A stretch of DNA of 58,197 nucleotides from Patescibacteria group bacterium (GCA_041665545.1 JBAYIQ010000005.1:1-58197), one strand, 5' to 3'; shown: positions 1-8,923, numbered from the stretch's first letter. Numbers and translations: made by a program. The notes: generated from the letters alone by a model not told the origin.

Positions 1-227
1 AATCGTTACCAAATACACCTCAAAGAGGTGCAATTACGTTACAACACTCGCAATCCTCAGAAACTACGCTTACTTGTTAGAAAAATGTTACGTTTTGATG
101 ATAAATAGTAGGCCAGACCGCTTTGACAAGGGGGCTTATTCCTCTTCCCAAACACTTCAAGAGGGCTAGATGTTCCTCCCCTGTCAAGGGGAGGTTGGAG
201 GGGTTAAAAGATTGGGCTAGTAAAGTT

Positions 228-266
228 TTTCAACAAAAAGAAAAGCTCAGTCCCCGTGGACTGAGC
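228..266 (-). terminator. Rho-independent terminator of the Cys-rich ORF
   Basis: 9-bp GC-rich stem GCTCAGTCC (245-253) / GGACTGAGC (258-266) with a 4-nt loop. On the minus strand it is followed by CTTTTCTTTTTGTT. Confidence 0.6.
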
Positions 267-286
267 CTGTGATTGGAAAGACCGTG

Positions 287-538
287 CTACTCGGTCTTCT
301 GAGAAGCCAGAAAGACCGAGCAGTGTTTGTGATGCTCTCCCATGCAGCCATTCTTGATGCGGTGCCCGCAAACGCAGGTACTGCAACAAGGCAAACAGTG
401 CTTGGCCATGGACTGGCCGTCACTGCCTATGGTGTGGCACAGACAAAAGCATTCGTGTGGATCGACATAGCAACTGTCGCTGGAGCCCATCCTCAACTTG
501 TCGGCGATCAAGTCGCCAATTGGCTTAAGGTTGCGCAT
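287..538 (-). CDS. Small Cys/His-rich protein (83 aa), function unknown
   Basis: ORF-track protein MRNLKPIGDL... has 11 Cys and 7 His. GGAGG lies 6 nt upstream of the ATG (minus-strand read AAGAGAGGAGGTCAGTAATG). The coding region is locally GC-rich and has its own terminator. The overlapping plus-strand ORF 269..544 has no SD and a GTG start. Confidence 0.55.
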   Translation of the reverse strand: MRNLKPIGDLIADKLRMGSSDSCYVDPHECFCLCHTIGSDGQSMAKHCLPCCSTCVCGHRIKNGCMGEHHKHCSVFLASQKTE

Positions 539-592
539 TACTGACCTCCTCTCTTAGTTTTGAATTTCTTGGAAGAACCTATTAATAACGAT

Positions 593-621
593 AGCTTATC
601 GTCTAAAAAAACAAATGTCAA
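593..621 (-). promoter_or_regulatory. Putative sigma70-type promoter for the Cys-rich ORF
   Basis: Minus-strand TTGACA (616-621), 17-nt spacer, TAAGCT (593-598). The -10 is weaker than the other promoters in this window. Confidence 0.35.
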
Positions 622-641
622 TAAAAAAAACGCCGGCTGAA

Positions 642-682
642 GAACCGACCCGCGAGGTCGACGCGACCTCGCGGGTCGGTTC
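642..682. repeat. Perfect 19-bp GC-rich hairpin
   Basis: GAACCGACCCGCGAGGTCG, loop ACG, CGACCTCGCGGGTCGGTTC. It sits just upstream of the cassette promoter and is flanked by A8 and T4 runs. Confidence 0.8.
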
Positions 683-693
683 TTTTCACAAAA

Positions 694-729
694 CAAAAAC
701 CCCCGCACTACTAGGCGGGGGTTTTATTT
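694..729 (-). terminator. Bidirectional-looking terminator downstream of ORF 738..1268
   Basis: Stem CCCCCGC (699-705) / GCGGGGG (714-720), flanked by an A-run and a T-run. Confidence 0.6.
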
Positions 730-737
730 TAACTTTT

Positions 738-1268
738 TTATTTATAACTATTAATCATTTCCATGACCTTGGAGTCGGACGGCAGATCTTCAAAACCGAA
801 AACTTTTTGGCGATTGACTGCTAGCCAGCCAGCAGAGTCATCTCCTCGTTTTTTAAGAACCTCTACACTTTCGGTGCTCGGCTCTCCTCCTTCTTCGGTC
901 GCTGGCTTGTCCACAGTTTGCGTATCAATAAAATAGACATCACTAAGATAAATATTGTACGCATCTTCTTTGGCAACTTTGGCATAATATACTATGTTAT
1001 TTTCTAAATAAATTATTTTATAACCAGCTTCGGCGACTGGCTTCTTGGTCTTCTGCTTGTCAAACATTAAAAAAGCAGACAAGGCCAAAATCAGGATAAT
1101 TAGTAGTAGATAAACTCCGGTAAAATTTTTCTTTTTACCAGTATTGGATTTGCGAGCCACAAAATCTTCAAATTCCATTATTTCCGGCTCGGCTTTTAAT
1201 CTGGTAGTTTCTTTTTTAGTGGTGCTTTTTGCGCGAGGCATAAATTTGTGTTTAATTGCTAATATCAT
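738..1268 (-). CDS. Hypothetical membrane-anchored protein
   Basis: 176-aa ORF with a Lys-rich N-terminus and one hydrophobic helix (GVYLLLIILILALSAFLMF). I recognised no motif. The start codon is uncertain because there are several in-frame Met. Confidence 0.5.
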   Translation of the reverse strand: MILAIKHKFMPRAKSTTKKETTRLKAEPEIMEFEDFVARKSNTGKKKNFTGVYLLLIILILALSAFLMFDKQKTKKPVAEAGYKIIYLENNIVYYAKVAKEDAYNIYLSDVYFIDTQTVDKPATEEGGEPSTESVEVLKKRGDDSAGWLAVNRQKVFGFEDLPSDSKVMEMINSYK

Positions 1269-1323
1269 AGCAGATATTTTAAAATTTTACAAAATTAATT
1301 GTCTGTACTAATATATAATCAAG

Positions 1324-2397
1324 ATGAAGAAGGGCGATTTTTATTTTTATTTACTTTCCCAGGCCAAAATATCGGCTCGTCTTTTTTGGCGACTACAAAG
1401 CTCTTTTGTTGACAGTAAAAGCATTGTCGACAAGGCCAAGATTGACAATCCCCTAATTCCAGCCAAGCTAGCCCAAGAAATCAAACGAGTTTGCGTGGAA
1501 GAAGAATCTCTGGCCCAAAAATTCGAACAACTAGAAAATTATTTTACTATTTTGGATGATTGCTACCCCAAATTACTCAAACAGATCTATGATCCACCTT
1601 TATTTTTATTTTATTCCGGAAATCTAGAGTTATTAAAAAGTGACTATCTGCTCAGCATGGTTGGCTCGCGGCACACCACGCATTATCACCAGCAAGCAAG
1701 CGAAAACATAATTGGCGAATTGGCTGGCTCGCCACTAATAATAGTCAGTGGCTTGGCCATGGGTCTTGACGCTATCTGCCACCAAACGGCTTTGAAAAAT
1801 AATTTACCAACTATCGCTGTCTTGGGCTCGGGAATGGATCAAGCCAGTTTTTATCCTAAAATAAATTTTGCTTTAGGACAGGAAATAATAAAACAAAATG
1901 GTTTGATATTGTCGGAGTACCCCAATGGCACCAAACCAGCCCTGCATCACTTCCCCAGACGCAATCGAATATTAGCGGGTTTGAGTCGAACCACGGTCGT
2001 GCTCTCTGGCGCTCTGAAATCTGGGACACTAATCACAGCTCAAGTGGCCTTGGATGAAGGACGAGAAGTATTTGCTTTGCCGGGCAATATCAACCAAAGC
2101 TTGTGCCATGGTCCTAACAAATTACTGCAAAACGGCGCCCACATCCTACTGTCTGGCCAAGATATTCTGAATTTCTATGAACTCACCGGACAAAGTAAAT
2201 TGCCAATTTTAAACAACATCTTCACTAATAACGAAAAAATAATTGTGGATTTATTGAATATTGAACCCTTAAATTTGGAAAGTTTGATCAACAAAATATC
2301 CTGGCCTTTGCCCACCCTACAAGCCACTTTATCGTCCTTGGAAATAAAAAATATTATCCAAACAAATAACGATGGACAAATAGAATTAAAATGGTAG
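1324..2397 (+). CDS. dprA: DNA processing protein DprA/Smf
   Basis: 357-aa ORF with the DprA core strings GSRHTT, IVSGLAMGLDAICHQ, FPRRNRILAGLS and VFALPGNI. Confidence 0.85.
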   Translation: MKKGDFYFYLLSQAKISARLFWRLQSSFVDSKSIVDKAKIDNPLIPAKLAQEIKRVCVEEESLAQKFEQLENYFTILDDCYPKLLKQIYDPPLFLFYSGNLELLKSDYLLSMVGSRHTTHYHQQASENIIGELAGSPLIIVSGLAMGLDAICHQTALKNNLPTIAVLGSGMDQASFYPKINFALGQEIIKQNGLILSEYPNGTKPALHHFPRRNRILAGLSRTTVVLSGALKSGTLITAQVALDEGREVFALPGNINQSLCHGPNKLLQNGAHILLSGQDILNFYELTGQSKLPILNNIFTNNEKIIVDLLNIEPLNLESLINKISWPLPTLQATLSSLEIKNIIQTNNDGQIELKW

Positions 2398-2470
2398 GAC
2401 TTGATAATTTTTTTACTTTGTTGTATAGTCAGCGAAATTATGTCATAATTTGTTTAAATCAAATTAGTTT

Positions 2471-4663
2471 ATGTCAAAATTAATTATTGTCGAGTCCCCA
2501 ACCAAAGCCAAAACTATCAGTGGTTTTTTGGGAAAAGAATATAAAGTGGAGTCTTCCTATGGCCATGTCCGAGATTTGCCTGTCAGCAAGCTCGGTGTTG
2601 ACGTGGAAAATAATTTCGAACCCACCTATGCCGTGCCAACCAAAGCCAAAAAAACCGTGGCCAATTTGAAAAAATTAGCCAGTAAGGCCGAGATGGTCTA
2701 CTTCGCGACTGACGAAGACCGTGAAGGAGAAGCTATTAGCTGGCACTTACAAGCATTGCTTGGTGTACCCGTCAAAAAGCAAAAAAGAATTGCTTTTCAT
2801 GAAATTACCAAAAAAGCTATTCAACAGGCCTTGGAAAATCCCCGCGACTTGGATAGTTTTTTGGTTGATGCTCAACAAGCGCGTCGCATCCTTGATCGCC
2901 TAGTCGGCTACAAGCTCTCTCCTCTACTTTGGAAAAAAGTAGCCAGAGGTCTATCAGCCGGACGCGTGCAATCAGTGGCTGTCCGATTGATAGTAGAAAG
3001 AGAAGACGAAATCAAAAAATTCGTGGCCCAAGAATATTGGACCATCGAGGGGCAAGCTGAACATGATAAGCAAGATTTCAAAATAACTGTCTTCCAACAT
3101 CAGGGCAAAACTTTGGATAAATTTGATTTGGATAAAACCAAAGCCGAAACTGCGGTTCGTGAAATAACTCCAGCCAAACTATTGGTCAGACAAGTAGAAG
3201 CCAGAGAAATCAACAAAAAGCCAGCTAGCCCTTTTACCACCTCCACCCTCCAACAAGATGCCAACCGTCGTTTTGGCTACTCGGCCAAGCAAACTATGAT
3301 GCTGGCTCAACAGCTATATGAAGGTGTGCATTTGGGCAGTGAAGGACATGGCGGTTTGATTACTTACATGCGTACTGACTCCCAAAATTTGTCCGCTGAC
3401 TTTGTGACGTCAGCTAATGAATGGATTGTCAAAAACTTTGGTGAGCAATATGCTAGTCAGGGCGGACGCAAATATCGCACCAAAGCCAAGCTAGCCCAAG
3501 AAGCCCATGAGGCCATCCGTCCAACTGATGTGACCAACACGCCTGACAAAGTAAAAGAATATTTGGATAGCCGCCAACACAAATTGTACTCCCTGATCTG
3601 GCAACGCTCTGTGGCTTCCCAAATGGTTGATGCCACTTTAGAAACCACTTCAGTAATAATTGACGCTAAAAACACGGAGTGGACTTTGAAAGCCACTGGC
3701 TCAGTAATCAAATTCCCTGGCTGGCAAAAAGTATATGCCACTGGCAGTGAAGAAAATATTTTACCAGCGCTCAAAGAAAACGATCAGGTGAACTTAAAAA
3801 ATCTGGATGCTCTGCAACACTTTACCATGCCACCTGCTCGCTACTCAGAAGCTGGCCTAGTCCACGCCATGGAAAAACTCGGCATTGGCCGACCTTCTAC
3901 CTATGCCCCGACTATTGCCACTATCGTGGAAAGAAAATATGTTGATAAAATAGAAAAAAGATTGGCCCCCACAGAAATTGGCACTGTGGTCAATAAACTT
4001 CTAGTGGAACACTTCCCCGATATAGTTGACTACAACTTTACAGCCGAGATGGAAAATGACTTAGACAAAATTGCTGAGGGCAAGAAAAAATGGCAACCAG
4101 TGATAAAAGAATTTTATGAACCATTTGCAAGACAATTAGCTATGAAAGAAAAAGAAATAGACAAAAAAGAAATTACAGAAACAGCCACTGACGAAATTTG
4201 CGAAAAATGCGCTTCGCCAATGGTTATCAAACTTGGCCGCTTTGGCAGGTTCTTAGCTTGCACCAATTATCCGGATTGCAAGAATACCAAGCCCCTAGGA
4301 GAAAACGGTGAAGCCCAAGAGCCAGAAAAAACTGACGAAGTCTGCCCCAAATGCAACTCGCCCATGATTTTCAAAACCGGGCGCTTTGGCAAATTCTTGG
4401 CCTGCTCTAATTATCCCGAATGCAAAACCACCAAGCGCGTGGAGCAAGGTACTGGCGTCATCTGCCCCAAGTGCAACAAGGGCGAGATGGTCGCTCGCAA
4501 AGGACGTGGCGGAAAATTCTTCTACACCTGCAACAAATATCCAGAATGTCAGCATATCACTTGGAGTAAACCAACTGGCGAGTACTGTCCCGAATGCAAA
4601 CAACTCTTAATCGCTGGACCAAAAGACACAGTCAAGTGCGAAGCTTGCGATTATACTAAATAA
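2471..4663 (+). CDS. topA: DNA topoisomerase I
   Basis: 730 aa. Has a TOPRIM start (LIIVESPTKAKTI), the catalytic Tyr region (GLITYMRTDS) and four C-terminal CxxC...CxxC zinc ribbons. Confidence 0.95.
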   Translation: MSKLIIVESPTKAKTISGFLGKEYKVESSYGHVRDLPVSKLGVDVENNFEPTYAVPTKAKKTVANLKKLASKAEMVYFATDEDREGEAISWHLQALLGVPVKKQKRIAFHEITKKAIQQALENPRDLDSFLVDAQQARRILDRLVGYKLSPLLWKKVARGLSAGRVQSVAVRLIVEREDEIKKFVAQEYWTIEGQAEHDKQDFKITVFQHQGKTLDKFDLDKTKAETAVREITPAKLLVRQVEAREINKKPASPFTTSTLQQDANRRFGYSAKQTMMLAQQLYEGVHLGSEGHGGLITYMRTDSQNLSADFVTSANEWIVKNFGEQYASQGGRKYRTKAKLAQEAHEAIRPTDVTNTPDKVKEYLDSRQHKLYSLIWQRSVASQMVDATLETTSVIIDAKNTEWTLKATGSVIKFPGWQKVYATGSEENILPALKENDQVNLKNLDALQHFTMPPARYSEAGLVHAMEKLGIGRPSTYAPTIATIVERKYVDKIEKRLAPTEIGTVVNKLLVEHFPDIVDYNFTAEMENDLDKIAEGKKKWQPVIKEFYEPFARQLAMKEKEIDKKEITETATDEICEKCASPMVIKLGRFGRFLACTNYPDCKNTKPLGENGEAQEPEKTDEVCPKCNSPMIFKTGRFGKFLACSNYPECKTTKRVEQGTGVICPKCNKGEMVARKGRGGKFFYTCNKYPECQHITWSKPTGEYCPECKQLLIAGPKDTVKCEACDYTK

Positions 4664-4670
4664 AATACAA

Positions 4671-4706
4671 AAAAGACTTGGGAATGACCTAGGTCTTTTT
4701 CTTTTT
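4671..4706 (+). terminator. Terminator after topA
   Basis: Imperfect hairpin AAGACTTGGG / ACCTAGGTCTT followed by TTTTTCTTTTT. Confidence 0.55.
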
Positions 4707-4753
4707 ATTGTATATTTGAACTTTTCCCCTAAAAATACTATGATAAGGGCTAT

Positions 4754-6193
4754 ATGGCTACAGTAACATTTGAGGATTTAAGGGAAATACTAGCTGACAA
4801 CTATCCGGGTGAAGACATTGGTGTCATCATCAAGGCTTTTCATTTTGCTTCTGAAGCGCACAAAGGCCAAAAAAGAAACACTGGCGAGGACTATATTTAT
4901 CACGCGCTAGCCACGGCTTACAACCTAGCCAAGATGCGTATGGATATACCCTCTATCGCCGCCGGGCTCTTACATGATGTGCCAGAAGATACTGATTTTA
5001 CTTTTGAAGAAATAAAAAATAATTTTGGCTCAGAAATATATTATTTAGTAAAAGGCGTCACCAAGCTAGGAACTTTGAAATACAGAGGCCTGGAGCGCTA
5101 TGCTGAAAATTTACGCAAAATGTTTTTGGCCATGTCCAAAGATTTGCGCGTCATCATCATCAAGCTAGCCGACAGATTGCACAACATGGAAACCCTAGAA
5201 GGTGTGCGACCAGAAAAACGTTTGCGCATTGCCCAAGAAACCATGGAAATTTTTGCGCCTATTGCCAACCGCTTGGGAATGTTTCGCATCAAAATTGAAC
5301 TAGAAGATCTGGCCTTCCCCTATGTCTATCCCGAAGAATACAAATGGGTGTCTGAACTAGTGCAAGACCGCCTGAAGACCGAAAGCAAATATATTGAAAA
5401 AATAAAAAAAACTACTCAAAAAGATTTGGCTAGACATAATATACCCTACATAATCATCAAAGGGCGAGTCAAAAGCTTGTACGGCATTTACCAAAAAATG
5501 ATCCGCAAGAATAAAGATATCAATAAAGTTTATGACTTGATTGCCTTGAGAATTACAGTCAATGATATTCCTGATTGCTACTTGGTGCTTGGTATCATCC
5601 ACAAACGCTGGACGCCCTTGAAAGGCCGAGTCAAAGATTATATTGCTCAACCAAAACCCAATGGCTACCAGTCATTGCACACTTCAGTCTTTACCGAATT
5701 TGGCAAAGTAGCCGAATTCCAAATTCGCACGCGTGCTATGGATGACGAAGCCGAATATGGTGTGGCCGCTCACAGCCGTTATAAGGAAATTGGCATTTTG
5801 GGCAAAAGAAAAAAGCCACCCAAATGGCTACAAGATTTGATGGAGATTCAAAAAACTATTACTGACAATACTGAATTTATCAAACATATAAAAAATGATC
5901 TGTTTGCCAATCAAATTTTTGTCTTTACTCCCAAAGGCGATGTCATTGAGTTGCCAGAAAATTCTACTCCTTTGGATTTTGCTTATCATATCCACACTGA
6001 CATCGGCACCCAATGCATTGGCGCCAAAATCAACGAGCAGATTGCCTCTCTGGACACACCCTTGAAGTCTGGTGATGTGATTGAAATTTTGATCAACAAA
6101 AGCCGGAAGTATCCCAATCCTGATTGGCTGGATATTGTAGTCACTAATTTAGCAAAAAACAAAATCCGCAGTCAGTTGAAGAATAAGATGTAA
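4754..6193 (+). CDS. RelA/SpoT-homologue (p)ppGpp synthetase/hydrolase, short form
   Basis: 479 aa. Contains an HD hydrolase motif (LLHDVPEDT), a RelA_SpoT synthetase core (YIAQPKPNGYQSLHT) and a TGS-like region (IFVFTPKGDVIELP). The C-terminal ACT-type domain appears to be absent. Confidence 0.85.
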   Translation: MATVTFEDLREILADNYPGEDIGVIIKAFHFASEAHKGQKRNTGEDYIYHALATAYNLAKMRMDIPSIAAGLLHDVPEDTDFTFEEIKNNFGSEIYYLVKGVTKLGTLKYRGLERYAENLRKMFLAMSKDLRVIIIKLADRLHNMETLEGVRPEKRLRIAQETMEIFAPIANRLGMFRIKIELEDLAFPYVYPEEYKWVSELVQDRLKTESKYIEKIKKTTQKDLARHNIPYIIIKGRVKSLYGIYQKMIRKNKDINKVYDLIALRITVNDIPDCYLVLGIIHKRWTPLKGRVKDYIAQPKPNGYQSLHTSVFTEFGKVAEFQIRTRAMDDEAEYGVAAHSRYKEIGILGKRKKPPKWLQDLMEIQKTITDNTEFIKHIKNDLFANQIFVFTPKGDVIELPENSTPLDFAYHIHTDIGTQCIGAKINEQIASLDTPLKSGDVIEILINKSRKYPNPDWLDIVVTNLAKNKIRSQLKNKM

Positions 6194-6223
6194 AAAAAGA
6201 GACCCTATTTTAACCCGGGTCTC
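6192..6223 (-). terminator. Terminator of ORF 6250..6609, overlapping the stop codon of the RelA/SpoT homologue
   Basis: Stem GAGACCC (6199-6205) / GGGTCTC (6217-6223), followed on the minus strand by T7 (complement of 6192-6198). Confidence 0.55.
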
Positions 6224-6249
6224 ATAGAGAGGGTTGGCGGTTGACGCCA

Positions 6250-6609
6250 TCAAAGGAGAGCTCGCCCAGTAGTACGCATCGGTATCTTCCCGATCATTTG
6301 TGTCAGGAAGAAGAAGATCGTGAAGGAGATAATCAGTGGTACGCACATTTGAAAAGTGGATGTTATCGCCATCATATAGATGAGCAAAAAACAAGCGAGC
6401 GTAATGACGATCAGAGAGGTTAGTGCCGCGAAACAGAACCTCCACGACAACGTCGACAGAGCTATCCCCCAAAGCGTCCCGGTTGCTGTGCCAAAGAGGG
6501 CGAAGGTTGTGTAATTGCATATCACGTTGTCGTTGAACACGTCGATGAAAATGCCGACGATGGTCAGCGTCGCCAACAGACTCAGGATGATAAGCGCGAG
6601 CGTCTTCAT
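6250..6609 (-). CDS. Hypothetical polytopic membrane protein (119 aa) in a GC-rich cassette
   Basis: I took the start at MKTLALIILS... because AGGAG lies 7 nt upstream. There are about four hydrophobic helices. GC is higher than in the flanks. It is preferred over the alternative-frame ORF 6149..6640. Confidence 0.55.
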   Translation of the reverse strand: MKTLALIILSLLATLTIVGIFIDVFNDNVICNYTTFALFGTATGTLWGIALSTLSWRFCFAALTSLIVITLACFLLIYMMAITSTFQMCVPLIISFTIFFFLTQMIGKIPMRTTGRALL

Positions 6610-6673
6610 GGTAGTTCTCCTCATTTGAGGAACAAACCATAGGCTGAACTGCCTAATTTTTGGTTTTCAAAGT

Positions 6674-6702
6674 ATTATATCATATATAGTACATTTTGTC
6701 AA
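6674..6702 (-). promoter_or_regulatory. Consensus sigma70 promoter for ORF 6250..6609
   Basis: The minus strand reads TTGACA (6697-6702), exactly 17 nt, then TATAAT (6674-6679). Confidence 0.7.
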
Positions 6703-6740
6703 GCCAAACCTAAAAATAGCCATTTTTGGCTATTCGCACA

Positions 6741-6827
6741 GTCATTCTGGAGCGAAGCGATAGAATCCATAAGTTTAACTTATGCTTGTAGATTCTATCG
6801 GCTCCCTTCGGGAGCCTCCAGAATGAC
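6741..6827. repeat. REP-like nested palindrome with a GAGCGAAGCGA core
   Basis: Outer stem GTCATTCTGGAG / CTCCAGAATGAC. Inner stem CGATAGAATC / GATTCTATCG. A further GGCTCCC-TTCG-GGGAGCC hairpin is present. Confidence 0.8.
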
Positions 6828-6844
6828 GATAAAATGCTAAAATT

Positions 6845-7723
6845 TTACTCCTGCAATTTATTTAGTAGATTTTTTAATTCTTCGTGAGAATAAAAATCAA
6901 TCACAATTTGACCGCGCTCGCCTCTTTTTTTGATAGAAACTTTGGCGCCAAGATTCTTGGCTAGTTTATCTTCATAAGCCACGAGAATAGGATCTTGTTT
7001 TTTTTCATTTTTATCTTTGAGCACCGTGCGGTGTGCTAACTCGTCTAGCTGTTTGACCGTCAAATCCGAGTGCAATATTTTTTTGAAAATTTTAATTTGT
7101 TCGGTCTTACCGGGGTAGCTCAAAATTATTTTGGCATGAGAAAAAGTTATTTTGTTTTCCGCTAACGCTTCTTTGATAACAATAGGTAATTGCAGTACTC
7201 GCAACATATTGGCAATGGTCGAGGGACTTTTGCTGACTTGCTTGGCAATGTCTTCTTGTGACAAACCAAACTCCTCCATCAGCCGTTTGTAACTGCCAGC
7301 TTCTTCCAGACAGTTGAGGTCATGACGCTGAATATTTTCGATGATTGATAATTCCAGCTTGTCGCGATCTGATACTTCTTTGATAATGACCGGCACCTCA
7401 GTCATGTTCAAAAGTTGCGCGGCCTTCAAGCGCCGCTCACCAGCAATCAACTGCCAAGTATCTCCCACTCTGGTTACCACCAATGGCTGGATGATGCCGT
7501 GCTTTTTGATTGACTCAGCCAGTTCATTGAGCTTGTCATGATCAAAGTTGGTTCTGGGTTGCCACGGATTAGCGCTGACCTTGTCTATTGGCACAGTGAT
7601 TACTTGCTGACCGCTGGGTGTTTCATCATCACTAAAAGTATGCGCTGAAAAATAATCACGCGCGTTGTTTGATTTTCCTTTGTTGGGTATCAATGCCCCT
7701 AAACCTTTACCTAAAGCTGACAT
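6845..7723 (-). CDS. parB: Chromosome partitioning protein ParB
   Basis: 292 aa with the ParB box IAGERRLKAAQLL and an HTH region (QEDIAKQVSKSPSTIANMLR). It lies next to parA. Confidence 0.9.
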   Translation of the reverse strand: MSALGKGLGALIPNKGKSNNARDYFSAHTFSDDETPSGQQVITVPIDKVSANPWQPRTNFDHDKLNELAESIKKHGIIQPLVVTRVGDTWQLIAGERRLKAAQLLNMTEVPVIIKEVSDRDKLELSIIENIQRHDLNCLEEAGSYKRLMEEFGLSQEDIAKQVSKSPSTIANMLRVLQLPIVIKEALAENKITFSHAKIILSYPGKTEQIKIFKKILHSDLTVKQLDELAHRTVLKDKNEKKQDPILVAYEDKLAKNLGAKVSIKKRGERGQIVIDFYSHEELKNLLNKLQE

Positions 7724-7820
7724 AAATTTTAGTTAAAAGTAGAAAGTATAAAGTAGAAAGTTTTTATAGTTTATTAAATAAAATACTTTTGGCTCTATAA
7801 TTTTACTTATTATTTTATAT

Positions 7821-8591
7821 TTATTTATTTTGATTATGCCACAATATTTCTTGAGCCAATCTCTTGTAGGCCTTGGAGCCAGCTGATTCCAAATCATAAT
7901 CCTTGATGGACAAGCCATGTGATGGGGCTTCGGCCATACGGACATTGCGTGGAATTACTGTCCGAAAAATTCGCTCGGGAAAAAATTTATACAACTCTTG
8001 AAAAACAGCGTTGGATAATTTGTTGCGACTATCGTACATGGTCATGACCGCACCCAATATTTTCAAATCTGGCTGTAAATGCTCTTTGATAAGATTGATG
8101 GTGTTCAAAAGCTGAGACAAGCCCTCCAAAGCATAATACTCACACTGCACTGGAATCAAAACTTCTCTGGCGGCCACCAAGCCATTGATAGTCAGCAAAC
8201 CCAAAGATGGTGGATTATCAATCAAAATATAATCATATAGATCAACTACTTCTTGCAAATTTTCATGCAATCTATATTCACGATTAGCTTCATTGACTAG
8301 ATCTACAGCCGCGCCAGCCAAATCCGGAGTACTAGGCGCCAGATGAAAATTGGGTTGATGAGCTTTTATCACTTCACCAATTCTGGTATTAGGGTCAATC
8401 AAAACTTCATAAATGCCTTTACTTACTTCGCGAGGATTAATACCCAAGCCCGAAGAAGCATTGCCTTGAGGATCAATGTCCACTATCAAAACCTTCTGGC
8501 CAAATTCTTTAAGCCAAGCAGCCAAATTGATGGTGGTGGTGGTTTTTCCAACACCGCCTTTTTGATTTACTACTGAGATAATCCGAGCCAT
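7821..8591 (-). CDS. parA: ParA/Soj partitioning ATPase
   Basis: 256 aa with the deviant Walker A NQKGGVGKTTTT, followed by VLIVDIDPQGN. Confidence 0.9.
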   Translation of the reverse strand: MARIISVVNQKGGVGKTTTTINLAAWLKEFGQKVLIVDIDPQGNASSGLGINPREVSKGIYEVLIDPNTRIGEVIKAHQPNFHLAPSTPDLAGAAVDLVNEANREYRLHENLQEVVDLYDYILIDNPPSLGLLTINGLVAAREVLIPVQCEYYALEGLSQLLNTINLIKEHLQPDLKILGAVMTMYDSRNKLSNAVFQELYKFFPERIFRTVIPRNVRMAEAPSHGLSIKDYDLESAGSKAYKRLAQEILWHNQNK

Positions 8592-8646
8592 AAATACCCT
8601 TTCAAGCTACCCTTATTATACTAGATTCAAGACAATCTCTCAATCA

Positions 8647-8922
8647 TCAACCATTTTTGCTAGTATAAAAAAACCGACCAACCAGCCAACCCAAACACCA
8701 GCCGGCTACTCCACCACCCAATATGTATAACTCTGACCAATCGTGCAAATAATAATTACAATAAAAAAATGCTGCCGCAAAACCAATCATTGTTCCTTTT
8801 ATGCAATAAGAAATAGTGAACTGCGAAATTTTGTAGGCCTCGCTATGTTCTTTGGGACCAAAATTTTCTTGGGGTTTTGGTTTTTCTTTATTTATAATAT
8901 GCAGTGGTGGTTTGTAAGCCAT
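8647..8922 (-). CDS. Hypothetical small membrane protein
   Basis: 91-aa ORF with two hydrophobic helices. No recognised motif. Confidence 0.4.
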   Translation of the reverse strand: MAYKPPLHIINKEKPKPQENFGPKEHSEAYKISQFTISYCIKGTMIGFAAAFFYCNYYLHDWSELYILGGGVAGWCLGWLVGRFFYTSKNG

Positions 8923-8923
8923 A

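Noticed and set aside
100-205. GC-rich stretch with repeated TGACAAGGGGG / TGTCAAGGGGAGG and the hairpin CCTCCCCT-GTCA-AGGGGAGG near the window edge
   Set aside because: The structure is real, but it is too close to the window start to interpret. It could be a terminator or part of a truncated upstream feature. I recognised no motif.
269-544. Plus-strand 91-aa ORF overlapping the Cys-rich gene
   Set aside because: It has a GTG start and no SD. The minus-strand frame has GGAGG, a promoter-like element and a terminator.
6149-6640. 163-aa minus-strand ORF in an alternative frame to 6250..6609
   Set aside because: It has no SD, overlaps the 3' end of the RelA/SpoT homologue and gives a His/Arg/Asp-rich, non-hydrophobic translation. 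The other frame gives a coherent membrane protein with AGGAG upstream.
7733-7945. 70-aa minus-strand ORF overlapping the 3' end of parA and the parA-parB spacer
   Set aside because: It is out of frame with parA, runs through the AT-rich spacer repeat and has an implausible composition.
6640-8646. Search for a parS site (TGTTTCACGTGAAACA-like) near parB/parA
   Set aside because: I found no 16-bp palindrome of that type by eye in or around the par genes. The only partial match elsewhere is GTGTTTCAC at about 26.9 kb inside a CDS.
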